In this document: piece by piece, positions 1 through 9,668 of the stretch
Layout of the letters: each line of letters starts with the position of its first letter
Position numbering within the stretch: position 1 is the first letter of the stretch
Program-made: the position numbers and the translations under genes
Notes under the pieces: model-generated
What the model saw: only the letters and a program-made list of their open reading frames with translations
What the model was told of the DNA's origin: nothing
The model's database searches: none
Assembly (NCBI GenBank): GCA_024275415.1
Contig: JAJRZD010000019.1
Location: 44,602-76,601 of the forward strand
Source of the DNA: an archaeon
GTDB lineage: Archaea; Asgardarchaeota; Thorarchaeia; Thorarchaeales; Thorarchaeaceae
DNA: 32,000 bases
Direction: 5' to 3'

Positions 1-1
1 A

Positions 2-37
2 CTGAGAACCTGCCTTTTGGAAAAAAAGGGTTCTCAG
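2..37. terminator. Inverted repeat / putative terminator hairpin downstream of the LLM gene pair
   Basis: CTGAGAACC (2-10) pairs with GGTTCTCAG (29-37), with an inner CCTTTT/AAAAGG stem; ~35 nt past the stop at 71 on the minus strand. Confidence 0.5.
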
Positions 38-70
38 CTCCCTCTTCTGCATTAGACCTGGGCGCTTACA

Positions 71-1000
71 TCACTGATTTCTAGCCTTTTTTGATTTTTT
101 AAACGCCGCCATAAGATTCTCAAGCGAGTTTTCAAACTGGCTTATTGGCGGGCCAAATACGATTTCATCAATGCCAATCTTATCAAGATTATTCGCGTAC
201 TCTATCACTCCTTCTGCCGTAGTGAAAACCCCCCATCTTAATAGACTACATGTGCCAAAAGCCTGTATGACTGCAGAGTTGAGTTTTCCCTTTCTATTAT
301 ATGCACCTCGTGCCTCACTTATACCCCATAATGCCATATCCTTGATTATCTTGGATGGTGCACCCAACGCAACAATTGCTGCCGCATAAAGGAATTCATT
401 TGGGGGTTCATCGGCTAACTCAGACACGATGTATGATGGAAAGAATACTCCTGTCTGGTGCGTTCCATCTCGTTCTCTAATCTGCTTTAATGCCCACTCT
501 ATCATCATCGGGTCTGAATAATTAAGAAGCACACCGTGAGCTTCCCGGGATGCATCGATCATCCTCGGCCCCTGTGCTCCTAACCATACGTGTCCTTCAA
601 TCCCCTTCTCTTGCAGCAAGTTTCTTACCCTGACTGTCGTCCCGAGGGTTGTTTCTACAACCTCTTTAGGAATCCATGTTTCTTGTCCGATCGAGCGCAA
701 TGCAGATTGATCCCCTGGCCCTATTAGTACATCGAACCTGTTTCCATGATAGTCTGACAGAGTTTCGATGAATCCGCCAATAGTTTCTGCATCGTAAAGG
801 ATTGCGGAAAGAAGTCCAATCCCGATTTTCGCTTCAGTACAAGATGCGACCACATCTGCGACTGCTGGGGCAAACCTAGGAGATGGGAAGTCTACCACCC
901 ACAGTCGATCAATTCCTACGGCATCAAGTTTCTTCGCGATTCGAATGGTATCATCAAGTTTCTCATGGACATTGATTGCTACTCCCCACCTAATGATCAT
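71..1000 (-). CDS. LLM-class (luciferase-like, Mer-like) flavin/F420-dependent oxidoreductase, divergent paralog
   Basis: 309 aa; LLM TIM-barrel pattern (AKKLDAVGIDRLWVVD, VWLGAQGPRMI, GIDEIVFGPP); ATGA overlap with the upstream gene. Confidence 0.75.
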   Translation of the reverse strand: MIIRWGVAINVHEKLDDTIRIAKKLDAVGIDRLWVVDFPSPRFAPAVADVVASCTEAKIGIGLLSAILYDAETIGGFIETLSDYHGNRFDVLIGPGDQSALRSIGQETWIPKEVVETTLGTTVRVRNLLQEKGIEGHVWLGAQGPRMIDASREAHGVLLNYSDPMMIEWALKQIRERDGTHQTGVFFPSYIVSELADEPPNEFLYAAAIVALGAPSKIIKDMALWGISEARGAYNRKGKLNSAVIQAFGTCSLLRWGVFTTAEGVIEYANNLDKIGIDEIVFGPPISQFENSLENLMAAFKKSKKARNQ

Positions 1001-2013
1001 TCCCTCCTCAAACGTATCTCTTTAAAAATATCTTGCACTGCCCCCCTCCAATCTCCTGTGAATGGCGGACCAAGCACCACTTCGGTGATTCCCAATGCAG
1101 CCACTTTCTCGAACATATCCACCATATGTAGCAGGTCTCCTGTAATGGCGAACATGTCCATCATCTCATCATTGACGAACGGCACTCCTGCATCGGGTCC
1201 CTTTCTAGCCACGGCGTCCCTCAATCTGTGAATTCGACCTTCATCCACACTCAACATCCCCAGTATCTTCTCAGGCATATCAGCAACAACGATTGCGACA
1301 ACTCTCTTTGCAAGGCTCTCTTTTCCCCCTTTGAAAGTTGGAATTGTCGGAAGCCATGCAATCTTTTCGATGTCCTCTGGATCTCTTCCAGCAATGCGTG
1401 CTGACGAATCAATCTCATTGGTAGCGTACTTGAGATAGTCCAGAGGGCCAGACAAGATAGCCCCGTCTGCGATTTGTCCTACCAATCGAAGCATCTGTGG
1501 GCCTCGTACCCCAAGGAATACCGGAATATCTTTTACAGCATCGATGTGCAGTCCAAATCCGTTCAGTTTGAACACTTCACATTCTGCAGAAACCGTTTTT
1601 CCTTTCCAGATATTCCTGAGTGCCAGGACAGTTTCTCTGAGTGCCGTCACTGGCCTTTTGATTGCGATACCTAGCCTTTGCAAGTCCTGAATCCCCCCAA
1701 TCCCAGTCCCGAATACGAATCGCCCCCTACCGATATCGCACAGGCTTAAGGCTGCCCGTGCAAGTGTTGCAATATTGTGTGTGCTCACAGGGACTATGGC
1801 CGTTCCCACCCGACACCGTTCGGTCATGCGTAAAGTTGATGCAGAAAGAATGAACACATCCTGTCCAATCCCAATATCCTCGCCAATCCATATCGAATGG
1901 GCTCCTAACGCATCAGCATTCTCGGCAATCCATTTTGTCGCCTTGACTTTCATATGAGTCGTGATTCCGATACTTGCATGATACACTATTGATCCCCAGT
2001 CGTTGTGCGTCAT
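997..2013 (-). CDS. LLM-class Mer-like F420-dependent oxidoreductase
   Basis: 338 aa; ADALGAHSIWIGED, GRFVFGTGIGG, PVFLGVRGPQMLRLVGQIADG, GITEVVLGPP motifs; real start may be the later ATG (MKVKATK). Confidence 0.85.
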   Translation of the reverse strand: MTHNDWGSIVYHASIGITTHMKVKATKWIAENADALGAHSIWIGEDIGIGQDVFILSASTLRMTERCRVGTAIVPVSTHNIATLARAALSLCDIGRGRFVFGTGIGGIQDLQRLGIAIKRPVTALRETVLALRNIWKGKTVSAECEVFKLNGFGLHIDAVKDIPVFLGVRGPQMLRLVGQIADGAILSGPLDYLKYATNEIDSSARIAGRDPEDIEKIAWLPTIPTFKGGKESLAKRVVAIVVADMPEKILGMLSVDEGRIHRLRDAVARKGPDAGVPFVNDEMMDMFAITGDLLHMVDMFEKVAALGITEVVLGPPFTGDWRGAVQDIFKEIRLRRE

Positions 2014-2095
2014 TATGACTAAAGAATGATTTCAAATGTAACTCGATAGATGCTTAGGTATTTGAGAGAGGATTCCCTCTATAGAATGACCAACA

Positions 2096-2647
2096 TTGAA
2101 ACGCATACTTTGGGGCATCACGGGGTCTGGTGACAAGATTGGAGATATCATTGAGATAATGAAACGAGTGGATGCACTTCCTGAAACAAAGATGTCTGTT
2201 ATAGTTTCCAAGGCTGGTGAGCAGATGCTCAGGCGCTATGGTCTGTGGGATTCTCTAAGGTTAGCGTTTAAGAAGGTCAAGACCGAGGTCAATGCTAACG
2301 TTCCCTTTGTGGCGGGCCCATTGCAAGTTGGACATTATGACCTCTTCGTTGTGGCACCATTGACCGCCAATTCTACTGCAAAGATCGCCCACGGTATTGC
2401 CGACACCCTGATTACAAACGCTGTCGCGCAGACATTGAAGGGAGAAACCCCTGTCATCCTATTTCCCGTGGATCAGATCGCAGCAGTACTGGAAACTATA
2501 GCCCCGGATGGCGTCGCGTACACGATTCGAACTAGGGAGGTCGATGTCCAGAACGCGATGACGCTGAAGAAGATGAGGGGCGTGACTGTCGTTTCATCTC
2601 CCGAGGAGATACTTGTGATTACTATCGATTTTCTTCGTGACGAATGA
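2096..2647 (+). CDS. afpA: Archaeoflavoprotein AfpA family (HFCD flavoprotein superfamily)
   Basis: KRILWGITGSGD, PFVAGPLQVGHYDLFVVAPLTANSTAKIAHGIADTLITNAV; TTG start. Confidence 0.85.
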   Translation: MKRILWGITGSGDKIGDIIEIMKRVDALPETKMSVIVSKAGEQMLRRYGLWDSLRLAFKKVKTEVNANVPFVAGPLQVGHYDLFVVAPLTANSTAKIAHGIADTLITNAVAQTLKGETPVILFPVDQIAAVLETIAPDGVAYTIRTREVDVQNAMTLKKMRGVTVVSSPEEILVITIDFLRDE

Positions 2648-2718
2648 TTGGCGCATAGAACCAATCTTAAGTGAGATGGAGGGACAAACCGCAACGCTTT
2701 GACTCAGAGGGAGCAACG

Positions 2719-4020
2719 ATGGGAACTGATGTACCTTGGTCGGAACTTCCTGACGGCTTTGAGTTCGGAATTGTCGAAACTGATGAAGAACTCGATGAGT
2801 TAGTCAGATTCAATAACGAAATTCACGGCCCTGAAGCAGGAGGGATGCTTCGACGACTCGTCAATCACCTGCCTGATTTCAATCGGCAAATGAACTATTT
2901 CATTCGGGATGTGGAATCTGGAAAGACAATCTCAGCTATCAGTGCCATCCCAAGTGTCTGGTCATACGGTGGGATTCCCTTACGGAACTTGGAGCTCGGA
3001 TTCGTTGGCACTCGTGAGTCATACCGAACTAGGGGAATGTTCGCATTCCTTTACAGGTTCTTCGAACATCAGCTGGAAACAGGCTACTATGATATTGCTA
3101 CGATTCAAGGTATCCCTTATTTCTATAGAAAATATGGCTACGAATTCATCTTGCCACTCGGGCGGTTCATAACAATACTCCCTTCTGCAATTCCTCACAT
3201 CTCCACTGAGGATGTACCGCCCTATATGGGAATCCGGGTTCGTCCTGCATCATCTGCGGACATCTCTGCTTTGATGGGACTATTTTCCGAGATGCAGTCA
3301 CGGCTCCTGATTACATCAGCGCGCGATGTGCGACTTTGGCAAGCACAGGAACTGACTAGGATGCATGAGGACAGACTAGTAGAAACTTTCGTCCTAGAAA
3401 GAAATGACGTGATTGATGGCTATTTCCGTATCAATGAAGCCAAGGATTCTGATGCTGAATCCGTACAATCAATCAGAGTGAGTGAATCAAGCATCAAGTC
3501 TTACGATTCTGTCATGCGAACACTTCAATTCCTCAAGAGTAGAGCCACGGATTCCAATGCTTCTGCTATCGAAATCGCTGGTGATACGACATCGAACCTT
3601 GGAAAGATAGCGATGGATTATGGTGGACTTGTGAACCGAGGCTGGAAATATCAGGTGAAGATTCCGAACGTGGTGAGCTTTATCCAGAAGATATGCCCCG
3701 TCCTGGACAAGCGATTGAAGGCATCAATGTTCAGCGAACTAACACGAGATGTTTTCATCAATACCTACAACAACTGCTACCAGATCAGTATTGAAAAGGG
3801 GAACGTGAAACACATAGCCGACATCGGGATGCAGCCGGTAGACGCATATACGAACATAAGAATCCCGCCACAGGCATTCCTCCATTTGCTCCTTGGGGAT
3901 GCCTCGATAGAAGAACTTCATGACCGACAGATGGATTTTCTAATCCGGCCGGGAGAAAAGACTCTGCTTGAGATACTATTCCCCAAGATGGCGAGCTACA
4001 TATCCTACTACCATGTCTAA
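2719..4020 (+). CDS. Eis-like GNAT acetyltransferase with C-terminal SCP2-like domain
   Basis: GNAT acetyl-CoA motif (VGTRESYRTRGMF), IQGIPYFYRKYGYEF; ORF is open from 2671, ATG at 2719 preferred. Confidence 0.75.
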   Translation: MGTDVPWSELPDGFEFGIVETDEELDELVRFNNEIHGPEAGGMLRRLVNHLPDFNRQMNYFIRDVESGKTISAISAIPSVWSYGGIPLRNLELGFVGTRESYRTRGMFAFLYRFFEHQLETGYYDIATIQGIPYFYRKYGYEFILPLGRFITILPSAIPHISTEDVPPYMGIRVRPASSADISALMGLFSEMQSRLLITSARDVRLWQAQELTRMHEDRLVETFVLERNDVIDGYFRINEAKDSDAESVQSIRVSESSIKSYDSVMRTLQFLKSRATDSNASAIEIAGDTTSNLGKIAMDYGGLVNRGWKYQVKIPNVVSFIQKICPVLDKRLKASMFSELTRDVFINTYNNCYQISIEKGNVKHIADIGMQPVDAYTNIRIPPQAFLHLLLGDASIEELHDRQMDFLIRPGEKTLLEILFPKMASYISYYHV

Positions 4021-4057
4021 GGGGCTTTCCCTCTCGCTAGGCGGGTTCTTTTCCTTC

Positions 4058-4432
4058 TCAATCCAAGTCCGGGATATTGATTTCCACTGCAAAATCGGCT
4101 CCGCATGGGCATCTTGCATTGATGGGGTATTTGTCCGGCGTATCAATGGAGATAGAGGCGCCTTGAAGTGCAGCCTTGTCAATCATAGTTTGCATGTTGT
4201 GAACCATGTACTTGGCAAACCCGACGACCACATCGGGAATCTAGATATCGTTTATCCAGAATACATAATGACTACATTCAGGATTCGGACATGATGACAG
4301 TAGTACTTTTGTCCCGTCACCACACGACCCACATTTCAGATCTGTATGGTGGTAGTCAGGGGCATCCGGTGCTGGGAGAGAAAGTCGATTCTCTGCCCCG
4401 CATCGATAGCAGTAATAAACGAACTCAACCAT
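4058..4432 (-). CDS. Double zinc-ribbon protein (124 codons) with one in-frame TAG at 4241-4243
   Basis: CYRC, CGSC and CPNPEC precede the TAG; the frame stays open for 60 more codons (IPDVVVGFAKYMVHNMQ...ARCPCGADFAVEINIPDLD) to TGA at 4058, supplying the fourth Cys pair. Confidence 0.7.
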
Positions 4433-4562
4433 AACAATTGCTTCCTCGAATATAGTAACCGACAGCTGTCAGTCTTGGAGTATTTTATGGACTTCAAGAG
4501 ATAATAGGTGTTGTGTGGATGTTTGATAGTACATTGAGTCCACAACAAGTTAGCATTGAAAG

Positions 4563-4817
4563 TTGTCGCAAATCCTTGTGGTGCTAATAAGGCGCCGTAC
4601 AATGAATCATTTGTGGAGTGGCTCGTCATTGCAAGTGTCTTCGAAAATCACCAATCTCTACTCACTGCTTCTGGTATTTCTGTCGGAGAATTACAAGAAT
4701 CATAGTGGACCGTGTGATGAGTGCGGGACAAACACGCCCAGCTACGGTATGACATTTCGTATTGGAAGTAGGTGGGTATGTGTGGACTGCATTGTTCTTC
4801 GGATGGAGAGTCAGTAG
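4563..4817 (+). CDS. Small zinc-finger protein (start uncertain, probably downstream of 4563)
   Basis: CDEC...CVDC pair in GPCDECGTNTPSYGMTFRIGSRWVCVDC. Confidence 0.5.
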   Translation: MSQILVVLIRRRTMNHLWSGSSLQVSSKITNLYSLLLVFLSENYKNHSGPCDECGTNTPSYGMTFRIGSRWVCVDCIVLRMESQ

Positions 4818-4856
4818 CCGAAAGCCCAACAATGAAAAGGGAATCTCCTGTTCATC

Positions 4857-5633
4857 TTGATGGTGATTTCCTTGAAACGCAGGATACAGCCTCACATCAG
4901 AGCCGGAGAAGGTGATGTGCATGACGTTGTGCTTATAGCTGGAAACCCTGACCGCGTTCCTATAATCGGGTCTAAGATGAAGGACGCAGAGGAGGTAGCC
5001 CACTATCGAGGGATTCTTACCTATCGTGCCTACACTCCCGGTGGTGTACCAGTGACTATTTCTGGGACTGGGATGGGCACCCCAACGACTCACATATGTG
5101 TGGAAGAATTCGCGAATCTAGGTGCTAGGGTCTTTATACGTATTGGTACTTGTGGAGGCGTTGATCCCGCCTTGAAAACGGGGGACGTAGTGGTGCCCAC
5201 TGGATGTGTGCGTGATGAACGAACAAGCTTGAACTACGCTCCAATGGAGTATCCTGCTATTGCGACCCCGCGCTGGTATAACGTACTGTACGAGGAGATC
5301 AACAATCTCCTGCCCGCCGAACGAGTACATACAGGGATTTGCTGGACCAGCGATGTCTATTATGTCACTCCTGAAACATCACAGCTGGATGTTTGGACGC
5401 GTGCCAATGTGAAATGTGTGGAGATGGAAAGCTCGCTGTTATTCATTTTTGCACAGACCCATGGTCTTGAAGCAGCGACCATCGTTGCCTGTGATGGGAA
5501 TCTTCATACTGGTCAGAAAAGTGAGCAGAAGGACGAGTCCGAGAAGAGCGGGGAACAGGATCCTCTCCTCGTAGAAGCAATTGAGAAGGAGATAGAGGCG
5601 GCTGTGCGTTCAATAGACCGACTCTATGTATAG
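4857..5633 (+). CDS. Uridine/nucleoside phosphorylase (PNP_UDP_1 family)
   Basis: VLIAGNPDRV, GTGMGTPT, FIRIGTCGG, VEMESS motifs. Confidence 0.85.
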   Translation: MMVISLKRRIQPHIRAGEGDVHDVVLIAGNPDRVPIIGSKMKDAEEVAHYRGILTYRAYTPGGVPVTISGTGMGTPTTHICVEEFANLGARVFIRIGTCGGVDPALKTGDVVVPTGCVRDERTSLNYAPMEYPAIATPRWYNVLYEEINNLLPAERVHTGICWTSDVYYVTPETSQLDVWTRANVKCVEMESSLLFIFAQTHGLEAATIVACDGNLHTGQKSEQKDESEKSGEQDPLLVEAIEKEIEAAVRSIDRLYV

Positions 5634-6294
5634 CAATTCATACTTTCAATCGGGTGTGTCTTTCATGAAGTCGAAGAGTCCCTCTCATTCGTCTGAAAAA
5701 CAAGAGAAGGCATATCTGGTCATGAAGGCAAACGCGGAACAGGCATTGGCTTTGGCCGCGGAATGGTGGGAACATAAGGAGGTTCCAAAATACATCCATA
5801 CCCGACAGTTGCAACGGAGCGAGATTGAAGAATTCGTTGATCTTTACAACAGATGCTTCATCGCATCCCCCGACCCATTCTCACCTCTGACCGTTGAAGA
5901 GGCACAGAAGCTGGACTTTGAGGGCGTATTCGTGGCAGAGATGTGGGACACGCTCGTGGGATTCATTGCATGTTTTATCGAGCGAGATGATGAGTCGATA
6001 TATGGTGAGATCACTGGGATTGGTGTCCTTCCCAACCGTCGGAGACGAGGTGTCGCTACTGCGCTGATACGAATAGCATCTGAGTATTTCATCGATGCTG
6101 GCATAGAAGAGGTATATTGTGAGGTATTTGAGGAGAACACACCCTCCCTCATGTTGATCCAAGCCTACGGATTCGTTGAAGTCGGGCGCAGGAACGTTCC
6201 CGGAATTACAGCCGGGCGTGACATTGAAGCGGATACTCCTGGCGGCAAGATTATGCGACGGCTGGGACTACGCCCTCTTCTGGAAACAGCATGA
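5626..6294 (+). CDS. GNAT N-acetyltransferase
   Basis: GEITGIGVLPNRRRRGVATALI (motif A), LMLIQAYGF; true start probably an internal ATG. Confidence 0.8.
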   Translation: MYSNSYFQSGVSFMKSKSPSHSSEKQEKAYLVMKANAEQALALAAEWWEHKEVPKYIHTRQLQRSEIEEFVDLYNRCFIASPDPFSPLTVEEAQKLDFEGVFVAEMWDTLVGFIACFIERDDESIYGEITGIGVLPNRRRRGVATALIRIASEYFIDAGIEEVYCEVFEENTPSLMLIQAYGFVEVGRRNVPGITAGRDIEADTPGGKIMRRLGLRPLLETA

Positions 6295-6367
6295 AGCAGT
6301 GTGTGCTGGAATCGCCAAACCTAAATCCGCTCGCATTCATCGTCCTACCGGACGTATTAGGCTTTGA

Positions 6368-7615
6368 TTGATGAACATGGAGGTCGTCAGCGAAGTGGAC
6401 TATGATGTCATTGTGGTAGGGGCAGGCCCAGCTGGTTCGATTGCATCATATGAACTAGCCAGAGCAGGGATCAGGATCGCACTATTGGAGAAATTCACCA
6501 TTCCTCGCGATAAGCCATGTGGAGGGGCAGTCATGGCCCGTGGGCTTCACATAGTCCGTGGGAAGATTCCCAAACGCATCGTAGAACAGATGATCCATGG
6601 CCTCCGTTTTGTACTACCCGATGGAAAGGAGGCACAATTCAAATCAGACCGACTGATTGGCATCACTGTATTCAGGAGCCTGTTCGATGAATTCTTGGCG
6701 AAGCGAGCCGAAGCTGCCGGTGCTGAACTCCATGAGAACGCCCGAGTTGTTTTGGCATCCACCTCCGAACATCATGCACAGGTCAAACTAAGGAACGGTG
6801 ACCAACTCGAAGCAAAATTCCTAATTGGCGCTGATGGCGTGAACTCAATTGTAAGCCGATCCCTTGGGCTCAGGCCGAAGCGAAAAAACCCTTTCAGAAT
6901 CGGACTGGGCATGGAGGCAGATTTCCATGTGGGGCATGAAGGTGTTATGGAAGCAACTCGAGGCGATCCGTCCATCCTTGAGATTATTCCCGTCGATGGG
7001 AGAATCAGTTATGGATGGATGTTCCCGAAGAAAGAACACTTGGCTATTGGTATCGCGGGTGCCAGCGTACATATGCATCCCCTGCGTCCAATTTTCGAGT
7101 CATTCAGGAAGAAGTTAGAGGCTCGCATTGGTATCGACCTGAAGACCGACAAGAAACGTACCTACTTCCTTGGCGGTGATGGCATTCTGGGAAAGAACTA
7201 TACTCGACGCGCGTTGCTAGTGGGTGATGCAGCAGGGTTTGTGGATCCCATGATGGGGGAGGGAATTGCTTATGCGATGAGATCAGGTCAGCTTGCAGCC
7301 GCAGTGATAAAGAGATGTCTTGACCAAGACCTCTATCTGGAGAAGCACCTTATTGAGTATCAGGCTTTATGTCATGATGAGTTTGCAGCCAATTTCGCCA
7401 TGGCGGAACGGGCCGCCCTCAAGGGTACTTCATTTGCTGAATCCGTACTTATCCATGCACAGGCACTCAAGATGTCCTCTGAATTGTTAGCAGCACTTGC
7501 CCGAGGCGAAATTGGTTATTCCGACATCCCTGCGCTGGTAGTGCGAAACCTTCCACGTGAGATTCCACGATTTGTCCGGACAACTATCCAGTCCCGTATC
7601 TTGAAGAAGCAATAA
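6368..7615 (+). CDS. Geranylgeranyl reductase family FAD-dependent oxidoreductase
   Basis: DVIVVGAGPAGS, KPCGGA, SYGWMFP, LVGDAAGFVDPMMGEGI. Confidence 0.88.
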   Translation: MMNMEVVSEVDYDVIVVGAGPAGSIASYELARAGIRIALLEKFTIPRDKPCGGAVMARGLHIVRGKIPKRIVEQMIHGLRFVLPDGKEAQFKSDRLIGITVFRSLFDEFLAKRAEAAGAELHENARVVLASTSEHHAQVKLRNGDQLEAKFLIGADGVNSIVSRSLGLRPKRKNPFRIGLGMEADFHVGHEGVMEATRGDPSILEIIPVDGRISYGWMFPKKEHLAIGIAGASVHMHPLRPIFESFRKKLEARIGIDLKTDKKRTYFLGGDGILGKNYTRRALLVGDAAGFVDPMMGEGIAYAMRSGQLAAAVIKRCLDQDLYLEKHLIEYQALCHDEFAANFAMAERAALKGTSFAESVLIHAQALKMSSELLAALARGEIGYSDIPALVVRNLPREIPRFVRTTIQSRILKKQ

Positions 7616-7664
7616 TAAAACTCAAAGGTCAGTCGTGCATCTGATGTGGTGGTCGTGACTATTT

Positions 7665-8657
7665 ATGAGAGTGACCTTAGCCATCATCATATTATTACTC
7701 GTGCCCGGACTGCCCTATAGAGCAAGCCAAGCCAATTATACACCCTCCTTTGATGGTGAAGAAGCATTCAACCATCTCGTGGCTCAAACTGACTTTGGAC
7801 CACGCCCCCCTGGCTCTGATAATCTGACCAAATGTAGGAACTACATCATTAATGAGCTTGAGCAGATCGGCTGGACTGTATCTCTCCAGACCTTCACTTA
7901 TATGGACACATTCATTACAAACATAGTCGCTGAATGGCCATCAAGATCACCCTCCTTCTTTGTGGTAGGTGCTCACTATGACACCCGCCCCTATGCAGAT
8001 CAGGAGTCTGACCCAACTGACAGGACTCTTCCCGTTCTTGGTGCAAATGATGGCGCCAGTGGAGCCAGTGTCTTACTAGAACTTGCTAGAGTTCTTCCCG
8101 AAAGCATCAGGGGCTCCGTGGAGTTTGTATTCTTTGATGCTGAGGATTCAGGTAATATCAATGGGTGGGACTGGATTGTCGGCTCAACATATTATGTAGA
8201 CCAGTTAGATTAGCAGAAACGCGCTAATATCACTGGTATGATCCTGCTAGACATGGTCGGCGACGCTAATCTGGTCATCCCCCGTGAGGTCAGCTCCACC
8301 AATAGCCTTCAGGACGCTATCTGGACCACTGCAAAGGATCTGGATAATGATGACATCTTTGTGGACTCCCCCGGGGCGTCTATCCTTGACGACCACCGAC
8401 CGTTCCTCGATGCTGGTATTCCCGCAGTAGACCTGATACACTATCCATTCCCAGAAACTTGGCATACGCTGAACGACACTCCTGAGAACTGCGACCCGAA
8501 CAGCCTTCAGGCGGTTGGAGAGGTCGTGGAAACATTCCTAGTCACCAACTCTGACTCTTATCTTCCAGATGCACCATTTCCGTCCGTTACTATTGTTCTC
8601 ATCGCCCTTCTCCCAGTGTTCACGGTGGCTGCAATCAGGTTCCGTCGTCGTGAGTAG
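7665..8657 (+). CDS. Secreted, membrane-anchored M28 peptidase / glutaminyl cyclase-like protein (330 codons) with one in-frame TAG at 8211-8213
   Basis: Signal peptide; Zn-ligand motifs GAHYDT, GANDGASG, FDAED before the TAG and LLDMVG, DDHRPF, WHTLND after it; the two ORFs are in frame, joined by TAG-QKRANITG; C-terminal TM plus RFRRRE. Confidence 0.85.
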
Positions 8658-8710
8658 ATATGGTACACAGTTTTAAACATTGGATTCTCTAATATTAGGG
8701 TTGGTCTGGT

Positions 8711-9607
8711 GTGAGAAACTTGGAAAAAAGGATCCTTTTCAGGCTAACCGGAGTCAAACAGGTTCCCCTCACCCATTTGGCAATCACCCCAAAGGGAGAT
8801 CGGATAGCTTGTGGCACAAGCGACGCAAGAATACTTCTCATCAATCCTACGACCAGAAAACTCCTTCGTTCTCTCACAGGACATCAATCCATGATATCGT
8901 CCCTTGCTTTCACTCATGAGGGCACTCGGATTATCTCATCCAGCTGGGACACGACCACTAGACTGTGGAGCAGCACAAAGGGCAGCCAAGAGAAATCAGT
9001 ACTCAATCACACATCTGAAATGAAAGCACTTGCGGTACATGACAAAACCGCACGAGGTGCAGTCGGCACACGAGATGGACTGGTGAAAGTGTTCTCTCTC
9101 AAATCAATGAAATGCATGAGGAACATCTCCGCTCACATCCGTGATATATCAGGCCTTGCTTTCGCATCTGATGGGACATACCTGATAACTTGCTCTTGGG
9201 ACGGGTCGGTCAAGGTCTGGGATTTGAACTCGTATAACCTGTTGAAGGATCTGGTGCGCCAGAAGGAACGGATTAGATCCATGTCCTTCTTGCCCAATGA
9301 TTCGAGAGTATATCTGGGGCTACACAATGGGGTTATCCGTTCTGTTTCTCTTGAGAATGCACGGGATGTCCACGAATTGAAAGGACATAACGATATAGTG
9401 AGTTCGCTATCTATCGACCCCTCCGGAACACTTTTGGTTTCAGGCAGCTGGGATCGAACGATTAGAATCTGGGACCTCTCATCCAACACTCCTTTTGCTG
9501 TCGAAACGGCAGGAACTGGTATCTCCTCTCTGGCATGGCACCCGTCTGCAGAATATTTCTACGCGACCGATTTCTCAGGAACTCTTGCCGAGTGGGACTT
9601 GAGTTAA
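8711..9607 (+). CDS. WD40-repeat beta-propeller protein
   Basis: Repeated GH...SWD motifs (LTGHQSMISSLAF..SSSWDTTTRLW; CSWDGSVKVWD; GHNDIVSSL..GSWDRTIRIWD); about 7 blades. Confidence 0.9.
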   Translation: MRNLEKRILFRLTGVKQVPLTHLAITPKGDRIACGTSDARILLINPTTRKLLRSLTGHQSMISSLAFTHEGTRIISSSWDTTTRLWSSTKGSQEKSVLNHTSEMKALAVHDKTARGAVGTRDGLVKVFSLKSMKCMRNISAHIRDISGLAFASDGTYLITCSWDGSVKVWDLNSYNLLKDLVRQKERIRSMSFLPNDSRVYLGLHNGVIRSVSLENARDVHELKGHNDIVSSLSIDPSGTLLVSGSWDRTIRIWDLSSNTPFAVETAGTGISSLAWHPSAEYFYATDFSGTLAEWDLS

Positions 9608-9668
9608 AGTGCAGTTTTTATGTGCGGGGATGATGGCAGTCTGCATCCTTCAGCAATCAGGCATTCCC

